The notes under the pieces: generated by a model | What the model was told of the DNA's origin: nothing | The model's input: the letters and a program-made list of their open reading frames with translations, nothing else | Database searches by the model: none | NCBI RefSeq assembly: GCF_001194135.2 | Contig: NC_069010.1 | Location: 9,838,301 to 9,902,300, forward strand | Source: Octopus bimaculoides | Taxonomy: Eukaryota | DNA length: 64,000 nucleotides | Direction: 5' to 3' | Program-made: the position numbers and the translations under genes | In this document: positions 28,129 through 40,569 of the stretch, in pieces | Numbering within the stretch: position 1 is the stretch's first letter | Layout: every line of letters begins with the position of its first letter

Positions 28129-29166
28129 NNNNNNNNNNNNNNNNNNNNNNNNNNNNNNNNNNNNNNNNNNNNNNNNNNNNNNNNNNNNNNNNNNNNNNNN
28201 NNNNNNNNNNNNNNNNNNNNNNNNNNNNNNNNNNNNNNNNNNNNNNNNNNNNNNNNNNNNNNNNNNNNNNNNNNNNNNNNNNNNNNNNNNNNNNNNNNNN
28301 NNNNNNNNNNNNNNNNNNNNNNNNNNNNNNNNNNNNNNNNNNNNNNNNNNNNNNNNNNNNNNNNNNNNNNNNNNNNNNNNNNNNNNNNNNNNNNNNNNNN
28401 NNNNNNNNNNNNNNNNNNNNNNNNNNNNNNNNNNNNNNNNNNNNNNNNNNNNNNNNNNNNNNNNNNNNNNNNNNNNNNNNNNNNNNNNNNNNNNNNNNNN
28501 NNNNNNNNNNNNNNNNNNNNNNNNNNNNNNNNNNNNNNNNNNNNNNNNNNNNNNNNNNNNNNNNNNNNNNNNNNNNNNNNNNNNNNNNNNNNNNNNNNNN
28601 NNNNNNNNNNNNNNNNNNNNNNNNNNNNNNNNNNNNNNNNNNNNNNNNNNNNNNNNNNNNNNNNNNNNNNNNNNNNNNNNNNNNNNNNNNNNNNNNNNNN
28701 NNNNNNNNNNNNNNNNNNNNNNNNNNNNNNNNNNNNNNNNNNNNNNNNNNNNNNNNNNNNNNNNNNNNNNNNNNNNNNNNNNNNNNNNNNNNNNNNNNNN
28801 NNNNNNNNNNNNNNNNNNNNNNNNNNNNNNNNNNNNNNNNNNNNNNNNNNNNNNNNNNNNNNNNNNNNNNNNNNNNNNNNNNNNNNNNNNNNNNNNNNNN
28901 NNNNNNNNNNNNNNNNNNNNNNNNNNNNNNNNNNNNNNNNNNNNNNNNNNNNNNNNNNNNNNNNNNNNNNNNNNNNNNNNNNNNNNNNNNNNNNNNNNNN
29001 NNNNNTGCAGAAAAGGAGTTGTTAGAATTTCCATATGGTGCACTCAGTTCAGGCTATGAGTATATAAGAGCAGATAGTGGTGTCATCATGTTAGAAAAGG
29101 CTGACTTACCTCATTATGGTCATCAACGACAAAGATGGGTAATTTAGACTGGTCTTTCACATTCAT
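18839..29166 (-). CDS. C5orf22: UPF0489 family protein, C5orf22 homologue, 512 aa
   Basis: complement(join(18839..18953,19746..19955,20823..20932,21437..21945,22664..22905,26342..26491,27626..27771,29110..29166)) = 1539 nt, phases consistent. Motifs matching recalled human C5orf22: [83 protein letters not shown]. The 21945 acceptor could alternatively be 21930. Confidence 0.93.
19147..19730 (-). mobile_element. Two tandem copies of a tRNA-derived SINE (family D) interleaved with (AAT)n microsatellites
   Basis: Minus-strand head aaggcagcgagctggcagaatc...gagttcaaattccgccgaggtcgactttgcctttcatcctttt.ggggtcgataaattaagtaccagttg at about 19240-19460 and 19495-19685; (AAT)n at about 19147-19226, 19460-19495 and 19682-19730. 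Partial copies at about 26170, 27330, 49280 and 55135. Confidence 0.8.
20623..20785 (+). mobile_element. CR1/L2-type LINE reverse transcriptase fragment
   Basis: [51 protein letters not shown] contains the [13 protein letters not shown] motif. Confidence 0.9.
22945..23310 (+). repeat. Tandem array of an ~103-bp unit
   Basis: Unit atgagccaatgagggatacctctacatggtagctagacctgctagaaacagcagccaaatctccctcaaatcacaccctactc, three or more copies interrupted by a short N gap. The same family occurs inverted at 39305-39720. Confidence 0.85.
24860..25500 (+). mobile_element. Degenerate CR1-type LINE 3' end
   Basis: ...[27 protein letters not shown]...[11 protein letters not shown]...VPDEP...ATSNSILHQ is typical of CR1-clade ORF2 C-termini. 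Upstream frames are disrupted. Confidence 0.75.
26820..27320 (+). repeat. Dispersed ~480-bp repeat (family E) with an (AAT)n tail
   Basis: ggtataaaa.agatgg..gacagcaaatattctgctcaa.accacagatttgcttg... aligns end-to-end by eye with a second copy at 57048-57550. Confidence 0.85.
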
Positions 29167-31269
29167 GATGACAAATGACTACAACAACAGCAACAACAAC
29201 CCCCTACAGGCCAACAGCGAAGGAATTTCAATGGAGTAATAGCTTGATCTGAGAAAAGAAACAGCAGTCAAATCTTTTAAATTGCTCTCTGTTGTCTTGG
29301 AAAAGAGAAGGATATTTTAAGGTGTTTTCAAAACACTTTAAGAAACTTTTACATTTACTTTCTTATGTAAATCTGTGGTAAGAAGTTTGCTTGCCAACCA
29401 CATGATTCAAGGTTCAGTCCCATTGCACAGTACCTGAGGCAAACTATAGCCTTGGGCCAACCAAAGCCATGAGAGTGGATTTGGTAGATGGAAACTAAAA
29501 GAAGCCCCACATTTTCTATATGCTTCCTTCTCAACTGTTCGTGTTTCTTCTCTAATTCAATTTTTAGTCCGTTATGGTTTGTGGTTTGTGCCTGATGAAT
29601 TTGTTTGAGGTGTTTCTCAACATATGAAACTATTAGCAGCTCATAAAAACAGCTATTGTGTCTATTAAATAACACACACACACACAGACACACACGAGGG
29701 GGTTTTAAAAAGTTCTCAGCACTGGAGAAAAGAAAATACAGAAGGATCAGTTAATAATGATTTTATTCAACATATTCCCCTCCTCTCAGATTCACACACT
29801 TATTCCAGCAGCCCTTCGGTTTTTCTAAGCCCTGTAAAAGAACTTGGAAGGAAGGTTGGGCCTCCAACCTAACCATTCACAATGCCCTTAAATCCAGAAA
29901 CCTTTTAGCACCCCCTTATATATATATTGTGCGGGTGGCACATAAAAGACACCATTTCGAGCGTGGCCGTTTTCGTGCGGGTGACACGTAAAAGCACCCA
30001 CTACACTCTCTGAGTGGTTGGCGTTAGGAAGGGCATCCAGCTGTAGAAACTCGGCCAAATTAGATTGGAGCCTGGTGTTGCCATCTGGTTTCACCAGTCC
30101 TCAGTCAAATCGTCCAACCCATGCTAGCATGGAAAGCGGACGTTAAACGATGATGATGATGATGATGATGATGATATATATNNNNNNNNNNNNNNNNNNN
30201 NNNNNNNNNNNNNNNNNNNNNNNNNNNNNNNNNNNNNNNNNNNNNNNNNNNNNNNNNNNNNNNNNNNNNNNNNNNNNNNNNNNNNNNNNNNNNNNNNNNN
30301 NNNNNNNNNNNNNNNNNNNNNNNNNNNNNNNNNNNNNNNNNNNNNNNNNNNNNNNNNNNNNNNNNNNNNNNNNNNNNNNNNNNNNNNNNNNNNNNNNNNN
30401 NNNNNNNNNNNNNNNNNNNNNNNNNNNNNNNNNNNNNNNNNNNNNNNNNNNNNNNNNNNNNNNNNNNNNNNNNNNNNNNNNNNNNNNNNNNNNNNNNNNN
30501 NNNNNNNATATATATATATATATATATATATATACGACGGGCTTCTTTCAGTTTCCGTCTACCAAATCCACTCACAAGACTTTGGTCGGCCCGAGGCTAT
30601 AGTAGAAGACACCTTGCCCAAGGTGCCACGCAGTGGGACTGAACCCGGAACCATGTGGTTGGGAAGCAAGCTTCTTTATTTCATTAATTAGCCATATATA
30701 TGTGTATGTTTTTCCCTCTTTGTCTCTAGATAGATAAATACACACATTTATACGTTATCAAACACTTTATTTGGCAAAAAGCACTTCTGGTGAGAGAGAG
30801 AGAGACAAAACAGAGATAGAGAGAATGATACTGTAAAACAGAGAGGGTGTATGATATAAAAAGACAGAAAGATAGTGATAAGAAGAGAGAGAGTAGAGAG
30901 AGAGATAATAAGAGTGAGTGAGTGGTACAGACAAAGTGATAGAAAGAGAGAGGGATAAAGATAGAGAGATAATAAGAGTGAGTGGTAAAGATAGACAGAA
31001 ACGAAAGAGAGAGAGAAATAATAAGAGCGAGGGAGTAGTAAAGATAGAGAGAAACAGAAGAGAGATAGAGAGAGAGAATAGAGAGAAAGACAATAAGAGG
31101 GAGTAAGTGATAAAGATAGAGAGAAACATAGGAAAGAGAGAGAGAGATAGAGAGTGAGTGAGTGAAAGCGAGAATGAGGCGAAGCGAGGTTTGTCTTTTT
31201 TTCCTTTTTCAACTGAGCTCCGTGCTGTACAAATTGGCAACCCCAAATATCAACCATGTCTATCTATGC

Positions 31270-31700
31270 CACGTACGTTACGTTGGGCAATTTGCGAACC
31301 CGTTTCTCTGCCGTTTGCAGCCCTTTAACTGACCCCTTTCTGTCATAGTAAGGTAGATCAAGGACCAATGTTGCCTATTTTGTATATTTTAGCCCGTCTT
31401 AAGGGTCGCCCAAGTTGCTTTTATTGGCTTGAAAACGTTCACCTAGTGAGTGTTTAGTGAAAGCCATTGTGGCGCTGGGCATACGAAGCGCACGGCGGAA
31501 CGACTCGACGACAGAGCAGTGTGAGAATTTTCGCGTCGTTTCGCCGGCGCCAATAGCCATGGCAACAATTTTGATCGGTCGGCAGTTAAGGCTTGTATTT
31601 TATCCGAACCTAAACAGAAAGCAACTGGTTCGCCACGGTTCGTAAAAAATCAACAAACAAACAAACTTACTTGCTAACTGATCGACTGGTAGAGAGAGAC
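31270..31700. promoter_or_regulatory. Putative bidirectional promoter between C5orf22 (-) and PCIF1 (+)
   Basis: Local CpG-dense patch in otherwise CpG-poor DNA. RFX X-box-like ATAGCCATGGCAAC at 31553-31566 (12/14 match to GTTGCCATGGCAAC) and E2F-like TTTTCGCG/TTTCGCCG/GGCGCCAA at about 31527-31553. Lies between two divergently oriented genes whose first coding exons both begin with a splice acceptor. Confidence 0.55.
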
Positions 31701-32296
31701 AGAAAGAGGTCATAGAGAAAGTGCGAGGGGGGAAGGGAAAAAGAGCAGGAACGAAGAAACAACACTAATAATACAGAATCAACTTGCAAACAAAACATCC
31801 TGAACGACGACAGCAACGATCACGATCAAGACACCAACCAGGGAGAGACTGAGAGACACATTTGATTCTTCTGATCGTCTTTACAATGCCATGCAAATCG
31901 ACTATATCGACGGACTCCTTCTTTTCGTCTTCAACGAAACCCATGAACAGGTTCCTATTTTTGGTAACAACCCCAAGCAGGCAGGCAGACAGGCAGGCTG
32001 GCTAAGTTAATTGTGTGTGTTTATATATATATACATACGCATACATATATATAAATACACACACTCGCGCACACATATACATACACACATAAATATATAA
32101 TTTTTATTTATTTTTTATTTCCTTTATTTTTTATAAAGGATAGTATTTTAGGGGCTTTCATCGACATACATGAACAAATATATACCCGATATATATTTTT
32201 ATTTATATGTATATTTTGCCTGTCCCCCCACCCTCTGTCTTTGAGTCTTTGTCCTTCTCCCCTCCTCCTTCTCTTCGTTCTTCTTCTCCCCTCCAG

Positions 32297-32409
32297 TTCC
32301 AGCATGGCTGATATACAACACACATATTATTACTATATACACTCTCTCGCTGGCTTCATGGATTAAAGACGGCGATATTTTTGTGGTCGTTTCTTTACCT
32401 TGCATACAG
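32297..32409 (+). other. PCIF1: Probable 5'-UTR exon of PCIF1
   Basis: Strong polypyrimidine tract with tandem acceptors (ctccag|ttccag|) and donor cag|gtcagt. Contains a 20-codon uORF at 32304-32366. Confidence 0.45.
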
Positions 32410-33984
32410 GTCAGTGTTGCTTCTTCTTGTTACTACTGATGTTCCTGTTGTTTACCATCGGTGGAAAAAATAAATCGCTTGACAAACGGTGGTGGGGACG
32501 GGCCTATATGTATATATATATATATATATGTGTATATATGTATATGTGTATACGTTCACATATAGATCTGTATATATATATATATATATATATGGCGATC
32601 TTTACATCTATTTATGCACATAAACAAATGTGTGTAGATATATGTGTATGTAGATATATCTGTGGTGTGTATTTATATACACACCTTGATCTCATGTTTT
32701 TGTTTATATCCATCTATATATTTATACATTTATAAATCTATCTATCTCTCTATCCATCCATCCATCCATCTACCTACCTATCTATCCATCTATCGATCGA
32801 TCTATCCATCTATCCATCTCTCTATCTATCTATGTGCACACATATTTACGTATATAGATATGTGTGTATATCTATGTGTATAATGTCCTGTCAACCAACA
32901 CATTCTGTTTTTAAAATTAATTATTTTGATTTGTCTCGATGCACACACACACATATACATACATATATAAATATAGATGTGTGTGTATTTTGCTGTTTAT
33001 GTGTCTGTTGATTTATATAATATATAATTCACAATCATACTATATATGTGTGTATGTATATAGTTGTGTGTGCGTGGCATAATGTTTGATTATTAATCCT
33101 ATATATATTTGTGAATGTATACAAACTAAACTTATATATGCATATAAATACGCATATATTTAGACTTTGTGTATATATATATATATATATATATACACAT
33201 ACATATATAATACACGTAAATATGTATATATATATGTGTGCATATGCATCATATATATGTGTTTGTGTACATATAAATATATATTATTTATACACACACA
33301 CACACATACATATATACACACAGATGCGCATCAATTAACCAAGAATAAAAACAATCAGTTGATACTTCGTTCTCTATGGACGATCGATCTACAGTTTTCA
33401 AAATTGGATTGACACACATACACACATATGTGTGTGTGTATATAGCCATATACACACACACACACCCTCACTGACTCATAACCGTTTATTTACTCACAGA
33501 CCTATTTTCGATGTCAGCGCTAGTTCATACATACATACATACATATATATATATATATTATTATATGTATTTATTTTCTCTTGGTTAATAATTAAATCGG
33601 ACAAAATAAATTGGTTAATAGATACCAGGGTAGCAACGATCACAAAATGTCTGTGGTGTAACTCCTGTTTATGAGGTAGAAACTCCCTGTTAGTTTGGGT
33701 AATTGAGTAAATATATATATATATATNNNNNNNNNNNNNNNNNNNNNNNNNNNNNNNNNNNNNNNNNNNNNNNNNNNNNNNNNNNNNNNNNNNNNNNNNN
33801 NNNNNNNNNNNNNNNNNNNNNNNNNNNNNNNNNNNNNNNNNNNNNNNNNNNNNNNNNNNNNNNNNNNNNNNNNNNNNNNNNNNNNNNNNNNNNNNNNNNN
33901 NNNNNNNNNNNNNNNNNNNNNNNNNNNNNNNNNNNNNNNNNNNNNNNNNNNNNNNNNNNNNNNNNNNNNNNATACGTAAGATCA

Positions 33985-34031
<47 letters not shown>

Positions 34032-36293
34032 TATTTTTACAAGCATATAAACAGGTAGCTCCGTATATTTTTATGTGAATATCGACGTATTAAGTGAATG
34101 TTTTAAAATATATATATACACACACACAATCGCGCGCGCATAATATACTCTCCTTTTAAATATAGATATATAAACATACCCATCATAAATGTGTGATACA
34201 CACACACACACATATATATGTATGCGTATGAATATATTTATACGCACACATCGTACACAAATGCTTGTCTGCACACACACATATGTATGTGGCGGTGGAG
34301 TGTTGCGCGCGCTTTCACAAACGTCTGACATTTCGATATAAATTTGCGCGCATTTGTATCCATCTCTATAACCTTACTTATTAAGGGCTACAAAAGTAAT
34401 TTTTTCCCCTCCAAGACCCTCCTATCCCCACACATTCCTGATACCATTAATTTTCAGTGGGATCAGCTGTGTCTTCATTACTCCCCCAGGGTGGGAAGGT
34501 CTGGATTGTGACAAGGGACCAGTTGCTGTTTAACCCTTGGTTCGTCCCGATTTGGCGATTCTTTGATCGAAAGTGTTCCGTCCCTGACTGTCTCCATTTT
34601 AATACTATCTATAAGTCCCTTGGCTAGTCCTGACTTTTACGTTGCTGTTTAACCCGGCTCAGATCTGATCTGGGAGTCTAATGGTCAAAGCTCTTGCAGA
34701 TCTGACTCCCATTTTTTATTCACTGTAGCACTACAATACCTAACGTCTGTGCTTCCTCCTTCGAAGACGATAGTCGTGTGATTTGAGAGATATTTGGTTG
34801 CTATTTCTAACAGTCGAGCGACCAGTAAGCTGTCCACACCCCTCTTTGGATCGTAAAATACCAACTGAATATTGGGGGTTGGTGCTGCGAAATATGTTGA
34901 TCTTCACTTGTCGAAAATTCCCGCCATTGGTGACCTTGGCTTTCAACACTTCCTCATTCGATAGCGTACATGTCGTGTACCCTGAATGGAGGAGAGGGTA
35001 GATGCAGTGAGTGCAGCTGGGGTACTTGCTTTGTGTACCGGATGTACCGGCCGTGGGCATGTAGGAGGCAGATACTGTATGCGTGTTGGGGGCCCGACAC
35101 CGTGTGTAGAGGCGGCGGGGAGATCCCGTTCCTGTTAGAGGTACTTGTTTTGTGTGTTAGGGGTAAATGCATTATATACAGGGTGATACCTGATGTGTGT
35201 GCTGGAGATACCTTCCTTGGGTATTGATGGTGCCTGCCATGTATATGATGGGGTAGATTCGCTGTGTGTTGGGAGTGCTTGCTGTGTGTACAAGGGTAGC
35301 TGTCCTCGTCTGCTAAGGGGACATTGCTGCATCAACCCTTACCATTGCAAGTATTTATGACCGGGTGCCATGTACCTGAGTTCCTTTAAAAGTTCTCAGA
35401 GGGAGACAAAGGCGTCCATCCTTCCTAGCCCTTCCAGACTTACCTTTTGGAACATTAAGGTATGTGACAAATGGAGGGGCAGAAGGTGAGGGGCCTAGCT
35501 GTACTGGCACACTGGGTTGGTTTTCATTTGCAGCTGAGTGGACTGGGGCAGTGTGAAATAAAAGTGTTTTCTTCAAGGACACAACAAACTGCCCAGTCCA
35601 GGAATCAATCTCTTGGCATTATGAGCATGAGAACCACACCCTAATCACTCAACCATGCACTGTCACTCTCTCTATGTACAGCATGTGTATACACACACAC
35701 ATGCACACTATTTTTCATATTTCAGAATATTTTTGTTTAAATTTCTAATATTAGGTACAGGTGTAGCCGTGTGGTAAGAAGTTTGCTTCCCAGCCACACA
35801 GTTCCAGGTTCAGTCTCACTGCAAGGCACCTTGGACAGGTGTCTTCTACTATAGATTCTGGCTAATCAAAGCTTTGTGAGAGGGAATTGGTTGATGAGAA
35901 CTGAAAGAAACCCATATATATATATATATANNNNNNNNNNNNNNNNNNNNNNNNNNNNNNNNNNNNNNNNNNNNNNNNNNNNNNNNNNNNNNNNNNNNNN
36001 NNNNNNNNNNNNNNNNNNNNNNNNNNNNNNNNNNNNNAAGGGACAGGAAAAAAACAAGGATGGATCATTCGGAGCTTCCTATCCTCAGTCGAGTTCCAGA
36101 TCATCTTAGCAGTTTCAGCCGGTTACACTTGAGACTCGTGACTGCTCCAATCTGGCTGGCCCCAAGAAAATATAAGCTAAGAGCACTAGACTCCTTGGAA
36201 GAAAGCAAGCAAATGTATACGGAAAAATGGAGAAATGGTATACAGTTACAAATACAAATAACAGGTGTCTTTCAACTCAGGACGAATTATATA

Positions 36294-36332
<39 letters not shown>

Positions 36333-37764
36333 CCACACGTATGTATGTGTGTGTTTATATATTATATATATACATACACATGTATATCAATGTGGGCGTG
36401 TCACTGTTTGCCCTCCACTGATGACGAGGGTTTTATTAGCAAGGGAAGGATGAAGAGGGTTTTGATGGTGTGGGATGGACGAAAGGGGTTGTCATTAAGG
36501 GATGGACGAGATTTTTTTTAATGAGGGCCAGAAGATGCTGTTTTGTTTATGACTGGATAAGGGGTTTTATTGGTGAGGGCTGGAAAAAGTCACTTGCCCA
36601 AGGTTCTGATCCTGGAATGAAGGGCCTTGTCTTGTGAGTTATCTGGTGACCTCACGTGTGTTGGTGCCACGTGAAATGCTCCCAGTCCCTTCTGGAGTGG
36701 TTGCTGTTCGGAAGAGCATCCAGCTGTGGAAACCCTGCCCAAACAGACATCAGAGCTTAGCACAGTCCTGTGGCTTGTCAGCTCAACCCATCCAACCCAT
36801 GCCAACATGGAAGACAGACATTAAACGATGATGATAATGAATATCAACAACAACAACAACGACAACATTCTCTCTTATTGCAATAAATCTATCGTTTGAA
36901 GCGTTGTTTAACCCTAGGTCAGGCCTGATCCAGCAGACTTCTGATCGAAAACATCCCATCCCTGAACATTCTACTTTTCATTCTTTTTTTTTTGTTTTTC
37001 AGGTATAAGTGCATCTAGGACTATATTATGTGATGTGATCCCACTCTTTGTTGTTTAGCCCCCCCCCCATGGCTATCCTATCTCATTTCCTTTTTTGTTT
37101 TTCAGGTAAAATGTATCTAGGGCTACATAATGTAATGTGATCCGCCTCTTTGTTTAGCCCCAAGTTCGTCCTTATGCAGATCAAGTGTATTCTAGCCATG
37201 ACCATCTCGTTTTATTTTGTTTTTCAGACACAATGTATCTATTGCTTGGCAGCATTCTTTGTTCCGATTCTCAGTCCTTTGTTGGTTCTTTGGAGGATTC
37301 CACCTCAACGGGTCCCCTACCATTGCTTTCAATATAGTTTATATGTATGAATGATTGTAAGTAGGGAGAGAGTGATCAGCTAAACTGGGTGACCCCACAA
37401 CCCCCTCCATTCAGCCTGATTAAAAATGCTTTTAACTCTAATTAAATTACTAATTTCAAACTCATTAAATGTTGAAACGATTCCTTTGCTACAACAAATG
37501 ACTTTTAAAATGATTAAAACAAAACCAGATCTTTCTAAAGTTTTGTATGGTTCGGGTTTCATTTTCTTTTTTTATTTACTTTGACTCACAACATATAAAA
37601 CCACCTTTCCACCCTGGCCCACCACCAAATTTCGTTACTTACCTCTGTCTTAGGATATAAGTCCATGATGAAGAAATGGCAAATACCTGCAATATGGCAG
37701 AAACTATAAGGAAACAGTTTAACGAGGCCCCAGGAGCAGATCAAGGACTGCATCATCTCATTTG

Positions 37765-38290
37765 TCTTTCTTGTAGTTGTTTAGCCTTAGATGTTCCAAA
37801 CGTGACCATCCTGTCTTTTATTTGGACGTAGTGCATCTCGGACTATATTATCTAATATGTTCTTCCATGTTGTTTAGCTCCAGAGCAGACCTTCAGTCAA
37901 GGGTGTTCCAGTTGTGACCATCTGACATAGTGTATCTAGGACTACAATATCTAATGTGTCTTTCTTTGTTCTTGTTTAGCCCTGGGTCAGTCCTGATTTG
38001 CAAGATTGTGATCAAAAGTTGTTCCAGCTGTGACCATCCTGTCTTTTATTCAGACATAGTGTAATGTATCTTCTTTGTTCTTGTTTAGGCCCAGGTCAGA
38101 CCTGATTCAACCAACTTGTGATTATGTTCCAGCTGTGATGATCTTATCTTTTATTCAAGCATAGTATATCTAAGCCTACATCATCTAATGTTTCCTTCGT
38201 TGTTATTGTTGTTTTTTTTAACTCCAGGCCAATATTGATCCAATAAAATCTACCATCAATAGGCATTCCAGCCATGACCATCCCATCTCT
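37765..38290 (+). repeat. Degenerate tandem array of an ~110-130-bp unit
   Basis: Recurrent ttgtttagccccaggtcag..ctgat...tgatcaaa..gttccagctgtgaccatcctgtcttttattcagacatagtgtatctaggactaca.tatctaatg. Related arrays at about 34500-34720, 36905-37230 and 57712-58090. Confidence 0.8.
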
Positions 38291-39304
38291 TAACATGCAT
38301 TAAATCCTTGTGAATTTTGTCCGTTTTGTACCAAGGTGGACTTAGCCATTTGTCTCAGATCAATAAACTAAGTACCAGAAGAAGTATGTAGGGGGATTGC
38401 TGTAATTGACTAAAAACTCGCCCAGAAGTTTGTGCTCCAGTCTGACCACAGTCTAAAGACTGATATGAATAAAGCAGATCTCAGTTTGTAACCAATATAA
38501 CAATAACCAATGTGTATTATGTATCAATAAAAGTGATTTATTCTGTATTGATTGATTTGACTTGTGACATTGTTGAGCATGAGTGTGTTTGTGTTGGCTT
38601 GCTGTTTGCCTGGGGTGGTAGGAACTATGCATGGAACACTCCGTGGAGCAACATGGAAAAAGAAATCTGGAAATTTTCGGTAGTTCCCACAGATCTGGAA
38701 ATTTTAAAATCAAGTGAAAATTTTCAAATTTGGTATTTTGATGTAATTTTTCACACTGAATCCCAATCTAAGATTCATTTATTCCCAGGTAAATTTAGGA
38801 ACCATCATCATCATCATCATCATCATTATCGTTTAACGTCCGCTTTCCATGCTAGCATGGGTTGGACGATTTGACTGAGGACTGGTGAAACCGGATGGCT
38901 ACACCAGGCTCCAATCTGATTTGGTAGAGTTTCTACAGCTGGATGCCCTCCCTAACGCCAACCACTCAGAGAGTGTAGTGGGTGCTTTTACGTGCCACCG
39001 GCACGAAGGCCAGTCAGGCGGTACTGGCAACGGCTTTCAAAATTTGACCATTTTAGTTGAATCAGAATCTAGGAATTGGAAGCTGCATATTTTCTTTGTG
39101 GTTTGTTACAAAACGAAAAACAAATAACAACAATATTGATTACAAAATTTGTTGTGAAAGTATCAGTCACACAACAAACAGTGTCTTTGTTATAATGAAA
39201 GCCGGGCTTGCATTCTATGCCAACCCAAGATATTATGGTATAACACATGTTGGACAAATGAATGAACAACTAGATAAGGTAAAGAGATCCCTCCTTGTCC
39301 CCTT

Positions 39305-39720
39305 CATTACATAAGACAGTAGGGTGAAATTTGGCTGCTGTTTCTAGCAGGTCTAATTACCATGTAGAGGTCTGCCTCTTTGGCTCATATATACATAAGA
39401 CAGTAAGGTGTAATTTGAGAAAGATTTGGCTGCTGTTTCTAGCAGGTCTAACTACCATGTAGAGGTCTCCCTCATTGGTTCATATATACATACATAAGAC
39501 AGTAGGGTGTGATTAGAGGGAGATTTGGCTGTTATTTCTGCCAGGTCTAGCTATCATGTAGAGGTCTCATTGGCTCATACATACATGTGAGAAGGGTGTG
39601 ATTTGAGGGAGATTTGGCTGCTATTTCTACCACATCTAGCTTCCGTGTAGAGGTCTTTCTCATTGGCTCAGACACCAGACAGTAGGGTGTGATTTGAGGG
39701 CGGTTTAGCTGATATTTCTG
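39305..39720 (-). repeat. Tandem array of an ~85-100-bp unit (same family as 22945-23310, opposite orientation)
   Basis: 4-5 copies of agacagtagggtgtgatttgagggagatttggctgctgtttctagcaggtcta.ctaccatgtagaggtct.c.cattggctcata. Confidence 0.85.
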
Positions 39721-39776
39721 GGGATCACTACTGTGATACACTACTGTGCCCGTCCCAGCAGTTCTATCCCCTTCTG

Positions 39777-39935
39777 TCAATCATGAATATGGCCCCAAGA
39801 TCAACTTTTCCACTTGTTTCACTGACGTTCCACTAACATGCAGAATGCACTGGGAAGACTCTCTTGAAAGGACCAATGTCTCAATCTTCGCAACACTGAT
39901 TCTCATCCCTACCCTGCAGCACTTTGTAACATGTG
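39777..39935 (-). mobile_element. RTE-type LINE reverse transcriptase C-terminal fragment
   Basis: CCRVGMRISVAKIETLVLSRESSQCILHVSGTSVKQVEK resembles the G-L/M-x-I-x-x-x-K-T-E...L-x-Q-V-x-x-F region of LINE RTs. Confidence 0.6.
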
Positions 39936-40569
39936 TGTGTGTGTGTGTGTTAAAACCTTTTGCTTCTGTACCACTAGTGTCACCTGTCAGTTTCCTTGTC
40001 AAGAAATCAACCACTTATTTTGAGCCTTCAAAACTGCAAGGAATAAGAGATTCCTTAATCTTAAAACAGGTAAGGATTAGTGACAACAAGGTTATCTAGC
40101 TGTGAAACAATACCCCAATAACATTCATCTAACCCATGCTAGCATGGAAAAATAGACATAAAAACAAGTGACCAAATATCCCTTCATTGATGATGAAGTC
40201 ATTTGGAAAGCAGAACTACAAAGAGATGCTGAAAAGTTCCCAACTCTAAGGCTGTTGAGAAGGGCCTGGTTGGAAGCCCAACCTTGCAAGTTCTTTTACA
40301 GAGCTTAGAAAAACTGAAGGGCCGCTACGATAAGTGTGAATCAGAGAGGGGAATATGTTGAATAAAATCATAATAAGCTGATCCTTCCTATATTTTCTTT
40401 TACCCAAAGCCAGGAATGTTTCAGCATCTCCTCCTGTGTGTGTATATATATCACCATTGTCATTTAACATCTGCTTTCCATGCTGGCATGGGTTGGACGG
40501 TGTTTGACTGAGAACTGGCAAGCCATGAGGGTGCACCAGGCTCAAATCTGATTTGGCAAGGTTTCTACA

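Noticed and set aside
31671-31960. Perfect minus-strand donor (gtaagt at 31670) as the C5orf22 first exon
   Set aside because: Possible, but it conflicts with the simpler model of plus-strand PCIF1 UTR exons over the same interval; it cannot be resolved without transcript data.
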